Source of the DNA: Candidatus Altimarinota bacterium
GTDB lineage: Bacteria > Patescibacteriota > Gracilibacteria > UBA1369
Assembly (NCBI GenBank): GCA_041659405.1
Contig: JBAZYK010000002.1
Coordinates: forward strand, 120,001-152,000
DNA: 32,000 bases
Direction of reading: 5' to 3'
Part shown: positions 9,577 to 18,091 of the stretch, piece after piece
How positions within the stretch are numbered: the stretch's first letter is position 1
Layout of the letters: each line of letters starts with the position of its first letter
The notes under the pieces: generated by a model
Told to the model about the DNA's origin: nothing
Seen by the model: only the letters and a program-made list of their open reading frames with translations
The model's database searches: none
Translations under genes and position numbers: made by a program

Positions 9577-10667
9577 TGAAAACACACCTTAGCAAGCGGA
9601 TCAAACTCCTTCAAAAGAAACTTCAGAATCAAAAAATTGAGGGACTTTATCTAAGCGATCCTTTTAATATTAGATATTTAAGCGATTTTAGCGGAACCAA
9701 TGGCCAAATTTTTATCACGCCCAAGAAAGCTTATTTCTTAACGGATTTTCGATATCTTGGAGTTGCCAAAAAGATTCTGCCACCGGAAGTTGAATTAAAA
9801 ATATATAAAAAAGGGCTTCTGAATACGTTGGAATCCCTACTCAATAAACACAAAATTGCAGAAATGGCTTTTGAAAGCCGAAATCTGACCTATAATTTCT
9901 TTAATGCTTTCAAAAAAAATCTTAAAATCAAATTAAAACCCACAACCAAAATCGTTGAAGAACTCCGGGAAATTAAAGACGAAGAAGAAATCGCCAAAAT
10001 CATTAAAGCGCAAACAATAGCGGAAAAAGTCATTTTAGAAGTCAAGAAAAACCTTAAACCGGGCAAAACCGAAAAAGATCTTTCCTGGGAAATTGAAAAA
10101 TTCGGTCACGGATTTGGAGCTGATAAAATTTCTTTTGATTCGATCATTGGTTTTCAGGAAAACAGCGCTAATCCACATCATCAAAACACCGATAAAAAGC
10201 TTAAGAAAGGCGATGTTGTGCTGATTGATATGGGCATGCAATATCAGGGATATTGCTCCGACATGACTCGCATGATTTTTACGGCAAAACCTACAACCGA
10301 ACAAAAAGAAGTCTATTTAACGGTGCTGGAGGCTCAAGAGAAAAGTATTCAAAAGATGAAAGCGGGAGTAATGGCCAAGGACATGGACAAAATTGCCAGA
10401 GATATCATTGAAAAAGCCGGATATGGTAAAACTTTTGGCCATAGTTTAGGCCACGGAATAGGTTTGGAAGTTCACGAATCCCCCAACCTGTCTCCCAGTA
10501 GTGAAAATGCGCTTGCAGAAAACGCAATTGTCACTTCCGAACCGGGAATTTACCTGGAAAAAAACTTTGGCGTTCGCATTGAAGATATGCTATTAATTAA
10601 GGGCGCAAAAGCGCTTAACCTTACTAAAATCCCCAAGAAACTCGAAGACTCAATCCAGTTAATTTAA
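9576..10667 (+). CDS. M24-family Xaa-Pro aminopeptidase/dipeptidase
   Basis: 363 aa. A creatinase-like N-domain is followed by the pita-bread fold. Metal ligand motifs DMGMQYQGYCSDMTR, HSLGHGIGLEVHE and EPGIY..., VRIEDM. The start overlaps the pgi stop (TAATG). Confidence 0.85.
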   Translation: MKTHLSKRIKLLQKKLQNQKIEGLYLSDPFNIRYLSDFSGTNGQIFITPKKAYFLTDFRYLGVAKKILPPEVELKIYKKGLLNTLESLLNKHKIAEMAFESRNLTYNFFNAFKKNLKIKLKPTTKIVEELREIKDEEEIAKIIKAQTIAEKVILEVKKNLKPGKTEKDLSWEIEKFGHGFGADKISFDSIIGFQENSANPHHQNTDKKLKKGDVVLIDMGMQYQGYCSDMTRMIFTAKPTTEQKEVYLTVLEAQEKSIQKMKAGVMAKDMDKIARDIIEKAGYGKTFGHSLGHGIGLEVHESPNLSPSSENALAENAIVTSEPGIYLEKNFGVRIEDMLLIKGAKALNLTKIPKKLEDSIQLI

Positions 10668-10671
10668 ATCT

Positions 10672-12135
10672 ATGGATCACAAAGTAGCCGTCATTTTGTT
10701 TCCAGGCAGCAATTGCGAACTAGAAGCCCTTAGAGCTTGCAGAAGATCAAAATTAACAGCTGATCTTATTCGCTGGAATGACGATTATTCAAAGTTGAAA
10801 AAATATGACGCCTTCATTCTTCCCGGCGGTTTTTCTTATGAAGATCGCGGAAGATCAGGCATTATCGCGGCTCAGGATCCGATTATGGACGTTATTAAGC
10901 AGCAAGCAGAAGCCGGCAAGCCGGTTTTGGGTTTATGCAATGGTTGCCAAATTTTAGTTGAAAAAGGAATGATTCCCGGACTTAATCCAAATCATTTGGA
11001 ATTGGCCATGGGATGGAATGAACGTGTTAAAAAAGGCAAGATCCTTGGTGTAGGTTTTTACAACGATTGGATTTATATAAGGCACGATGCCACAAAAGGC
11101 CGCAGTGTCTTTAATCGTTTTAGCCAAAAAGAAGTAATGCGAATTCCGGTTGCTCATGGCGAAGGTCGCTTTACCACACTCGAAAAAAATCTCCTGGAAA
11201 ATTTGAAAAACAATGAACAGACTCTTTTCCGCTATTGCGATGAAAACGGCAAAATTGTTGAAGAGTTTCCCGTAAATCCAAATGGCGCCATGTACAATTT
11301 GGCTGGTGTTTGTAATCCGGAAGGTAACGTTTTAGCGCTAATGCCCCATCCGGAACGCACCACGGTTGGTCAACCGATTTTTGATTCATTGGCTGATTAC
11401 CTGAATAGCTCAAAAAAGACTTTGGTTAAGCCAAAAAGCTTAACTGCGGATAAGAAAAAATCACAATCATCACAGAAAACTTCTGCTCGTTCGCCAATCC
11501 AGGACAAACCGGAAAAGATGACCAAAAAGCCCGATATCACCATGCTGATTCGCCTGATTATTACGGATAACGAAGAACGCACCATGGAAAATACCGTAAA
11601 AAGACTTGGCTTTAATGCAACTTTAAAGCGCCAAATCTTTTTGGGATTCGATCTGAAAGATAAAAAAGATCTAAAAAAAACTGCTGAAAAACTTTTAGCC
11701 AGCGGCGAAATCCTTAATTTAAATAAAGAAATCCCAACTATTTATATTGGCGATGAAGTATACAGTTACAGCAAAGATAAAGGGCTGCAGCCAATGCAAA
11801 ATCAGCTCCCAAACAATTTTCATTTCATTGTTACCGAATACGACAATTATACCGGTAAAAGCATCAGGGCCAACCTTCAAAATCATCTTCATGATAACGT
11901 AATTGAAAAAGTTGAACGAGGAGTTTTCTGGAGCATGGAGGCAAAAGACCAGGCAACTTCCGATCAAATTATTAAGACCCACCTCTTCCACAATCCCCAT
12001 TCAATGAAATTAATTCTGGCCGATTTTGGAGGCAAAAGCGCTAAAAATGAAAGTTCAAAATCCGATTTTCAAAGTCAGAATCCCGACTTCCAAATTCAAA
12101 GATCAAACTCAAATCAAAAAAATATTTCTAATTAA
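10672..12135 (+). CDS. purQ: FGAM synthase glutaminase subunit PurQ fused to a C-terminal region with two PurS-like domains and a low-complexity tail
   Basis: Residues 1-240 align by eye with PurQ: VILFPGSNCE, LPGGFSYEDR, LGLCNGCQIL (Cys nucleophile), VAHGEGRF, MPHPER. Residues ~288-450 contain two ~70-80-aa segments with a PurS-like pattern: IRLIITDNEERTMENTVKRLGF...LLASGEILN, and FHFIVTEYDNYTGKSI...HLFHNPHSMK. Confidence 0.8.
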   Translation: MDHKVAVILFPGSNCELEALRACRRSKLTADLIRWNDDYSKLKKYDAFILPGGFSYEDRGRSGIIAAQDPIMDVIKQQAEAGKPVLGLCNGCQILVEKGMIPGLNPNHLELAMGWNERVKKGKILGVGFYNDWIYIRHDATKGRSVFNRFSQKEVMRIPVAHGEGRFTTLEKNLLENLKNNEQTLFRYCDENGKIVEEFPVNPNGAMYNLAGVCNPEGNVLALMPHPERTTVGQPIFDSLADYLNSSKKTLVKPKSLTADKKKSQSSQKTSARSPIQDKPEKMTKKPDITMLIRLIITDNEERTMENTVKRLGFNATLKRQIFLGFDLKDKKDLKKTAEKLLASGEILNLNKEIPTIYIGDEVYSYSKDKGLQPMQNQLPNNFHFIVTEYDNYTGKSIRANLQNHLHDNVIEKVERGVFWSMEAKDQATSDQIIKTHLFHNPHSMKLILADFGGKSAKNESSKSDFQSQNPDFQIQRSNSNQKNISN

Positions 12136-12160
12136 TAATTTATAATTACTAATTGAACCT

Positions 12161-13930
12161 ATGTGTGGAATTTTTGCTTATATTGGACAAAAAACGAATG
12201 CAGCTGATCTTGTAGTCAGAGGTTTAAAAAAACTGGAATATCGTGGATATGATTCTTGGGGAGTGGCTTATCAAAACGGTTCAAATCTTGGCCTATACAA
12301 AAAAGTAGGAAAAATTGGCGAGTTTGACTTGGAACATAATCCCTTTCCGCAAACCAGCATTGCCATTGGCCATTCTCGTTGGGCCACTCATGGTGGAGTA
12401 ACCGAACTTAATGCCCACCCACACGTTGATGAAGCCAAAAAATTGGCTGTAGTTCACAATGGTATTATCGAAAATTTTGAAGAGCTTAAAGCAAGACTCA
12501 TCAGCCAAAAACACGTTTTTATTTCTCAAACCGATACCGAAGTAATCGTTCATTTGATTGAAGAATATTGCAAAAAACATGATTTTGAGACCGCCGCAAA
12601 AATGGCCATTAAAGAGTTGAAAGGTCGTTTTGCCATTCTGGTTATGAAGGCCGAAGATCACAAAATTATCGCAGCCAGAAGAGGTTCTCCTTTAATCGTG
12701 GGCATTGGCGAACATGAATATTTTGTCGCTTCGGATATTCCGGCATTTTTGGAATACACACGCAAAGTTATGTATCTGGATGATAACCAAATGGTAGTGC
12801 TTGATGGTAAACCACTTTTTTATGATTTAGATACCGACAAAGAGATTGAAAAAAGAGTAGTCGAAATCAATTGGAACACCAAAGAAGCGGAAAAAGGCAA
12901 TTTCGCGCATTTCATGATCAAAGAAATCATGGAACAGAAAGACACAATTCACCGTGCGATTAACCAGGACGATCACGAAATTCAAAAGCTGGCCGAAGAG
13001 ATCAAAAAAGCCTATGGCACATTTTTAATTGGCTGCGGAACGGCCGGAAAAGTTTGTCTAGCCGCCGAATATATTTTCGCTAAAGTCGCTCAAAGACACG
13101 TAAATGTGGTTGTGGGATCGGAATTCCCAAGTCATCAACATTTCCTAAAAGAAAAAAGTCTGGTTATTGCCGTTTCACAAAGCGGAGAAACCGCCGATAC
13201 TTTGGAAGCGATTGAGGTTGCCAAGAAAAAAGGCGCAAAAGTTCTTTCAATTGTAAATGTGGAAGGCTCAACCATGGATCGCGAATCCGACTACACACTG
13301 CACATTAAAGCCGGCCCAGAAAAGGCTGTGGCATCAACCAAAGCCACAACTTCCCAAATTGCGATTTTGACACTGCTTGCTTACGCTTGTGTGGATAAGC
13401 TGCAGGAAGGCAAAAAACTGCTCATTGAAACTGCCGGAAAAATCAATGACATGCTTAATCCACGCTACGAAGAACACATCAAAAACCTGGCAGAAAAATT
13501 AAAGGATAGCGAAAGTATGTACGTGATCGGCAAAGCGGTAAACTACGCCATGGCGCTTGAATCAGCCATAAAATTGCAGGAAGTTTCTTACATTCACGCC
13601 GAAGGATTTGCCGGAGGAGAACTAAAACACGGCCCGATTGCTTTGATCAGCGAAGGCACACCTTGCATTGCGCTTGTAGCCAACGACGAAACCCGCACCG
13701 ACATTTTAAACAACGCCCGTGAAGTCAAAGCCCGCGGCGGTTACATAATTGGCATTTCACCGGAAAACGACGCCATTTTTGACTTCTGGATCCGCGTTCC
13801 GGATGTAGGCATTGCCTCTCCAATCGTAAACATCATCCCTATCCAACTTTTGGCCTATTACCTGGCCATTCTGCGCCAAAACAACCCCGACATGCCAAGA
13901 AACCTGGCAAAGAGCGTGACGGTGAAGTAG
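12161..13930 (+). CDS. glmS: Glutamine--fructose-6-phosphate aminotransferase (isomerizing)
   Basis: 589 aa. MCGIFAYIG (N-terminal Cys nucleophile), HSRWATHG, two SIS domains (SQSGETADT), C-terminal PRNLAKSVTVK. Confidence 0.97.
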   Translation: MCGIFAYIGQKTNAADLVVRGLKKLEYRGYDSWGVAYQNGSNLGLYKKVGKIGEFDLEHNPFPQTSIAIGHSRWATHGGVTELNAHPHVDEAKKLAVVHNGIIENFEELKARLISQKHVFISQTDTEVIVHLIEEYCKKHDFETAAKMAIKELKGRFAILVMKAEDHKIIAARRGSPLIVGIGEHEYFVASDIPAFLEYTRKVMYLDDNQMVVLDGKPLFYDLDTDKEIEKRVVEINWNTKEAEKGNFAHFMIKEIMEQKDTIHRAINQDDHEIQKLAEEIKKAYGTFLIGCGTAGKVCLAAEYIFAKVAQRHVNVVVGSEFPSHQHFLKEKSLVIAVSQSGETADTLEAIEVAKKKGAKVLSIVNVEGSTMDRESDYTLHIKAGPEKAVASTKATTSQIAILTLLAYACVDKLQEGKKLLIETAGKINDMLNPRYEEHIKNLAEKLKDSESMYVIGKAVNYAMALESAIKLQEVSYIHAEGFAGGELKHGPIALISEGTPCIALVANDETRTDILNNAREVKARGGYIIGISPENDAIFDFWIRVPDVGIASPIVNIIPIQLLAYYLAILRQNNPDMPRNLAKSVTVK

Positions 13931-13964
13931 GGGCAGCCAATTCAAAATCTTAACAAAAAACACC

Positions 13965-14294
13965 ATGAAAAAAATAATCGAACAACCGGACGTCCAATTT
14001 ATTTTAACAGGTGGAACTATTGATTCATATTATGATGCAACGAAAGACACAGCCGTTCCAAATCGTCACTCAGTTATTCCTGAATACATTAAATCGCTCA
14101 AAATAAACAATAAAGTCATATTCACTCAGGTCTGCATGAAGGACAGCAGAAGCTTAACTCAAAACGATCGAAAAAAAATCTTAGAAACGATTGAAAAAAG
14201 TGTATCTAAAAAAATCATCATCACACATGGAACCTATACCATGCCCGACACAGCAAAATATTTACAAGCCAATCTAAAAAGAAAAAAAAGGTGA
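13965..14294 (+). CDS. Asparaginase-family protein, upstream fragment, interrupted by a frameshift in an A8 tract
   Basis: ILTGGTIDS (asparaginase Thr motif 1) and IITHGTYTMPDTAKYL (variant of HGTDT motif 2). Ends at a TGA immediately after aaaaagaaaaaaaagg. Confidence 0.6.
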   Translation: MKKIIEQPDVQFILTGGTIDSYYDATKDTAVPNRHSVIPEYIKSLKINNKVIFTQVCMKDSRSLTQNDRKKILETIEKSVSKKIIITHGTYTMPDTAKYLQANLKRKKR

Positions 14295-14494
14295 TTATCC
14301 TTACTGGATCAATGATTCCTATCCAAGGCTTTTCACCTTCCGATGCAGGATTTAATTTAGGTTTTGCCCTTGGCCAACTAAACTACTTACCTGATGGCAT
14401 TTATGTCTGCATGAATGGTACAATCTTTAATCCTCAAGAAGTTGTGAAAATTATCAACGAGGGTAAATTCACATCAGTTTTTTCAAGATCATAG
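14291..14494 (+). CDS. Asparaginase-family protein, downstream fragment in the -1 frame
   Basis: VIILTGSMIP matches the conserved (V)LTGAMRP strand that follows motif 2 in asparaginases. This frame is open back to 14195, so the two parts join across the A-run. Confidence 0.6.
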   Translation: MIILTGSMIPIQGFSPSDAGFNLGFALGQLNYLPDGIYVCMNGTIFNPQEVVKIINEGKFTSVFSRS

Positions 14495-14541
14495 AGTACA
14501 TTTAAGGTAAATTCGCCCTTCATTTAAAGCTGATTTTGCTG

Positions 14542-14547
14542 TATAAT
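14542..14547 (+). promoter_or_regulatory. Candidate -10 box (TATAAT) upstream of pyk
   Basis: Exact TATAAT lies 22 nt upstream of the pyk ATG in a 74-nt intergenic gap. No convincing -35 element. Confidence 0.3.
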
Positions 14548-14568
14548 AAAATCAAATAAAACAAACTC

Positions 14569-15999
14569 ATGCTTCACAAAAAAACAAAAATTGTTTGCAC
14601 ACTTGGGCCGGCCTCACAGGATTTTGGCATGATTGAAAAAATGGTTCATGCCGGAATGAACGTGGCGCGGCTTAATTTTTCGCATGGGAGTTATGAAAGT
14701 TTTTCCAGGATTATTGAAAATATTCGCAAAGTTGAAAAGAAAGTCGGAACGCCAATTGCCATTATGCAGGATCTACAAGGCCCAAAAATCCGTGTTGGCG
14801 AAATGCCTGCGGAAGGTATAAACATCAAAAAAGGACAAACGATTATTTTAACTACAACAAAAATCGTGGGACATTTAGCAAATTCCGCGAGTCATACCGC
14901 CGCAATAATCCCCTGCCAATATCAGGAACTGCCTAAAGATGTTAAGAAAAATGATCAAATTCTGATCGACGACGGACTGATTGAAGTCACCGTAATCAAA
15001 GTCCAAAAGAACGAGATTTTTTGCCGAGTTGCCAATGGTGGAATCGTTAAATCACATAAAGGAATTAACGTTCCAACCGCTTCAATCAAGGCAAATCCGA
15101 TTACCGACAAGGACAAAGCCGACCTTAAATTCGGACTCGCTCACAATGTGGATTATGTTGCTCTTTCATTCGTAAAATCTGCCGAAAACATCAAAGAACT
15201 TCGCGAACTTATTCGCCTTCAAAAAGGACGAGCTAAAATTATTGCCAAAATCGAACGTCATGAAGCCGTTGAAAATCTGGAAAGTATTATTTTCGAGACT
15301 GATGGAGTAATGGTTGCACGTGGTGATTTGGGCAGCGAGATCCCCGCCGAAACAGTTCCGCTCATTCAAAAAAGAATTATCAAACTGGCCAATCTTCATG
15401 GCAAACCGGTTATTACCGCTACGCAAATTTTGCAATCAATGGTGGATAATCCCCGACCAACTCGCGCTGAAATGAGTGATGCCGCCAATGCCGTTTTTGA
15501 TCATAGTGATGCGCTGATGCTTTCTAACGAATCGGCTGTTGGCAAATATCCGCTGCAGGCAACAGCTACACTTTCTAAAGTTGCAGCTTCCGTTGAACAA
15601 TATCTTAAAAGACACAAAGAGTTTTTACCGAATCTGCTTTTTCATGAAAATCTTCCGGTATCTTACGCAACCTGTTTAAATGCGGCAAAGTTAGCTGTGG
15701 ATATTAACGCAGATCTGATTATAGCCATCACAAATTCCGGATTTACCGCACAGCATTTGGCTAAACACAGAATTTACATCCCGATTATTGCGCTAACCGA
15801 AGACCCAAAAGTGCAACGACAACTTGCCCTGGTTTGGGGAATTAAAAAAACATACATTCAACCGATTTCCAAAGAAATCGACGTTAAAATGATTCGCCAA
15901 TTTTTGAAGAAAAATAATCTGGCCAAAGCAAATGACAAAATCGTCATTGTGAGCAACGCCAGTAAAGACGAAAAACAGATTTCGACTATTAAATTTTAA
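14569..15999 (+). CDS. pyk: Pyruvate kinase
   Basis: 476 aa. KTKIVCTLGPAS, MNVARLNFSHG, DLQGPKIRVG, MVARGDLGSEIP, ATQILQSM, and LSNESAVGKYP (variant of LSGETA). Confidence 0.95.
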   Translation: MLHKKTKIVCTLGPASQDFGMIEKMVHAGMNVARLNFSHGSYESFSRIIENIRKVEKKVGTPIAIMQDLQGPKIRVGEMPAEGINIKKGQTIILTTTKIVGHLANSASHTAAIIPCQYQELPKDVKKNDQILIDDGLIEVTVIKVQKNEIFCRVANGGIVKSHKGINVPTASIKANPITDKDKADLKFGLAHNVDYVALSFVKSAENIKELRELIRLQKGRAKIIAKIERHEAVENLESIIFETDGVMVARGDLGSEIPAETVPLIQKRIIKLANLHGKPVITATQILQSMVDNPRPTRAEMSDAANAVFDHSDALMLSNESAVGKYPLQATATLSKVAASVEQYLKRHKEFLPNLLFHENLPVSYATCLNAAKLAVDINADLIIAITNSGFTAQHLAKHRIYIPIIALTEDPKVQRQLALVWGIKKTYIQPISKEIDVKMIRQFLKKNNLAKANDKIVIVSNASKDEKQISTIKF

Positions 16000-16056
16000 G
16001 ATTTTCCATTAAAATAAAGGTGCGTTTTTTTGACGTACCTATACCGAAAAATCCTT

Positions 16057-16590
16057 ATGATTATAATGGGGATCGATCCAGGAACAGCAACCACAGGTTT
16101 TGGATTTATTGAATGCTCCAAAGACCAATTCAAACTCTTGGATTACGGCTGCATTAAGACCTTACCGAATCAATCGCTAAGTTCCCGTCTTCAACAAATT
16201 AATGACGATTTAAAAACTCTTTTAAAAACCTGGAAGCCGGATTCAGTGGCAATCGAAGAACTTTTTTTTAGTAAAAATGTAAAGACGGCAATTCATGTTG
16301 CCCATGCCCGTGGCGCAATGATGCAGCTGCTTTCAACCAGTGGTTATGAAATCGCCGAATACAAACCTCAACAGGTTAAAGCGGCAGTTTGTGGTTATGG
16401 CAACGCCGAAAAAAAACAAATTCAAAAAATGGTTCAACTGATTTTTCAGATGGATCACCTCCCTACTCCGGATGACGCCGCGGACGCTTTAGCCATTGCT
16501 TTTTGTCATGCCAACACCTTAAAAACCAATCAAATCTTAAAGTCCCAGGAACAATTACCCGCCTATAATCCAAGCATAATCTCCGCATGA
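16057..16590 (+). CDS. ruvC: Crossover junction endodeoxyribonuclease RuvC
   Basis: MIIMGIDPGTATTGFG (catalytic Asp), VAIEELFF (Glu), PDDAADALAIAFCH (Asp). I prefer the ATG at 16057 to the TTG at 16030. Confidence 0.9.
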   Translation: MIIMGIDPGTATTGFGFIECSKDQFKLLDYGCIKTLPNQSLSSRLQQINDDLKTLLKTWKPDSVAIEELFFSKNVKTAIHVAHARGAMMQLLSTSGYEIAEYKPQQVKAAVCGYGNAEKKQIQKMVQLIFQMDHLPTPDDAADALAIAFCHANTLKTNQILKSQEQLPAYNPSIISA

Positions 16591-18050
16591 AAAAACTATT
16601 ACCAGCACTTTCTTTAATTCTTTTTTTAAGCTTTGTTACAAGCGGTCTTTACATTTTTGGACTTCCACCTTTTCAATCCGGCGGGCCATTTTTCCCTGCA
16701 GCTCCTCAAAATCCACAAACCGAACAGGGAACTCAAAAAGTGGAACGCAACAAAACCTACACCGAACACATTTCACGTGGCGCATTATTGGAACAAAACG
16801 GTTATTACAGCCTGGCCATTGCCGAATATGAAGCAGCCAGCAAACTTGATCTAACAAATCCGGAACCATTTGTGAAAATTGGACGCATTCACTTATTGAA
16901 TCATGAATATGATGCGGCCGTTGCAAACTTTCAACAAGCCAATAAACTCGCCCCAAACAACACCGACACCCTGGTTTATTTAGGAAGGTCTTACCTTGGA
17001 AATCGCCAAATCGACGAAGCCAAAAATCTTTTTGCCAACCTGAATGCCGATAGTCAAACCGCAAAATACTACCAAGGAATCATTGCTGCATTTAGCGGTG
17101 AATACGATAAAAGCAAAGATCTTCTAAAAAAAGCCGTAGAAATGGGCGGAAGCGATGACATCACCAAAAAAGCACAAAATTATTTGAATGCTTTTAACGA
17201 ATTTAATTTCAATCAGGGTGGAGAACCGATTCATTTAAAAGCTTTGCTGGCCCGCAGTTTTAATCAAACCGGAGAATATCAATTAGCGATTCCACTGCTT
17301 TTTGATGTCATTAAAGCCCAAAAAGATTATCGTGATGCCTGGGTTTTACTTGGATATGCCTACCTAAGCATCGACAAATATCAGGACGCGCTGGAATCGC
17401 TAAATCAGGCCAAAAATCTGGATCCTCAAAAACCTGAAACTTATTATTTTCTTGGACTTACCTATTATGATTTAAATAATCTTCCGCTTGCCGCAGCCAA
17501 TTTGGAACTTGCCAAAAAGAATGGTTTCCAGCCGGTTATTCAGATTAATCAAAAGCTTGCCGAGATTTATTTGCAACTTAAAGACTACAACAAATCCGCC
17601 CAAAATTATGAAAATGTTTTGGCCATCAACGATCAAGATATAAATTATTATATTAGACCAATCTGGCTCTATACTGAAAAAACAAATCAACCGGATAAAG
17701 CTTTAAGCCTGGCCGAAAAGGCATACCTTAAACACCCCAATGAAGCCATGAGTTACAATTTGCTCGCCTGGGCCCAAATAAGCGCCGGACAATTGGATCA
17801 AGCCGAAAAAAACCTGCAAACCGGAATTAATATCGACCCGCAACTGGAAGCCATTTATCTAAATTTTGGCTTATTAAACGAAAAAAAAGGTAACACAAGT
17901 CAGGCACTCACCTACTATCAAAAAGCCCACGACATGGGCAAAGGCAACTCCATCAGCGCTTCTGCTACCGAACGTTATACAAACCTGGTCGCCAAGGTTA
18001 AGGGAGTCGACCCCAATACTTTAAAGGCCAACGTTCTAAATGCACAATAA
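16587..18050 (+). CDS. Membrane-anchored or secreted TPR-repeat protein
   Basis: 487 aa. N-terminal hydrophobic anchor LLPALSLILFLSFVTSGLYIFGL. Many 34-aa TPR-like units (Y..LG..Y......A...F..A..L.P). The start overlaps the ruvC stop (ATGA). Confidence 0.8.
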   Translation: MKKLLPALSLILFLSFVTSGLYIFGLPPFQSGGPFFPAAPQNPQTEQGTQKVERNKTYTEHISRGALLEQNGYYSLAIAEYEAASKLDLTNPEPFVKIGRIHLLNHEYDAAVANFQQANKLAPNNTDTLVYLGRSYLGNRQIDEAKNLFANLNADSQTAKYYQGIIAAFSGEYDKSKDLLKKAVEMGGSDDITKKAQNYLNAFNEFNFNQGGEPIHLKALLARSFNQTGEYQLAIPLLFDVIKAQKDYRDAWVLLGYAYLSIDKYQDALESLNQAKNLDPQKPETYYFLGLTYYDLNNLPLAAANLELAKKNGFQPVIQINQKLAEIYLQLKDYNKSAQNYENVLAINDQDINYYIRPIWLYTEKTNQPDKALSLAEKAYLKHPNEAMSYNLLAWAQISAGQLDQAEKNLQTGINIDPQLEAIYLNFGLLNEKKGNTSQALTYYQKAHDMGKGNSISASATERYTNLVAKVKGVDPNTLKANVLNAQ

Positions 18051-18091
18051 TACCAACATCACAAAGAAATAATTATTTAATTTTCATTACA

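Noticed and set aside
16030-16056. TTG start giving a 9-aa extension on ruvC; similarly 28954-28983 on trpS
   Set aside because: In both cases conserved N-termini begin at internal ATGs (16057 for ruvC and 28984 for trpS). The upstream codons read like intergenic sequence.
16636-17064. 142-aa minus-strand ORF opposite the TPR gene, and a 73-aa + strand alternative-frame ORF
   Set aside because: The TPR periodicity is clear in the annotated frame. The antisense product is Cys/Arg/Trp-rich, which is typical of non-coding frames.
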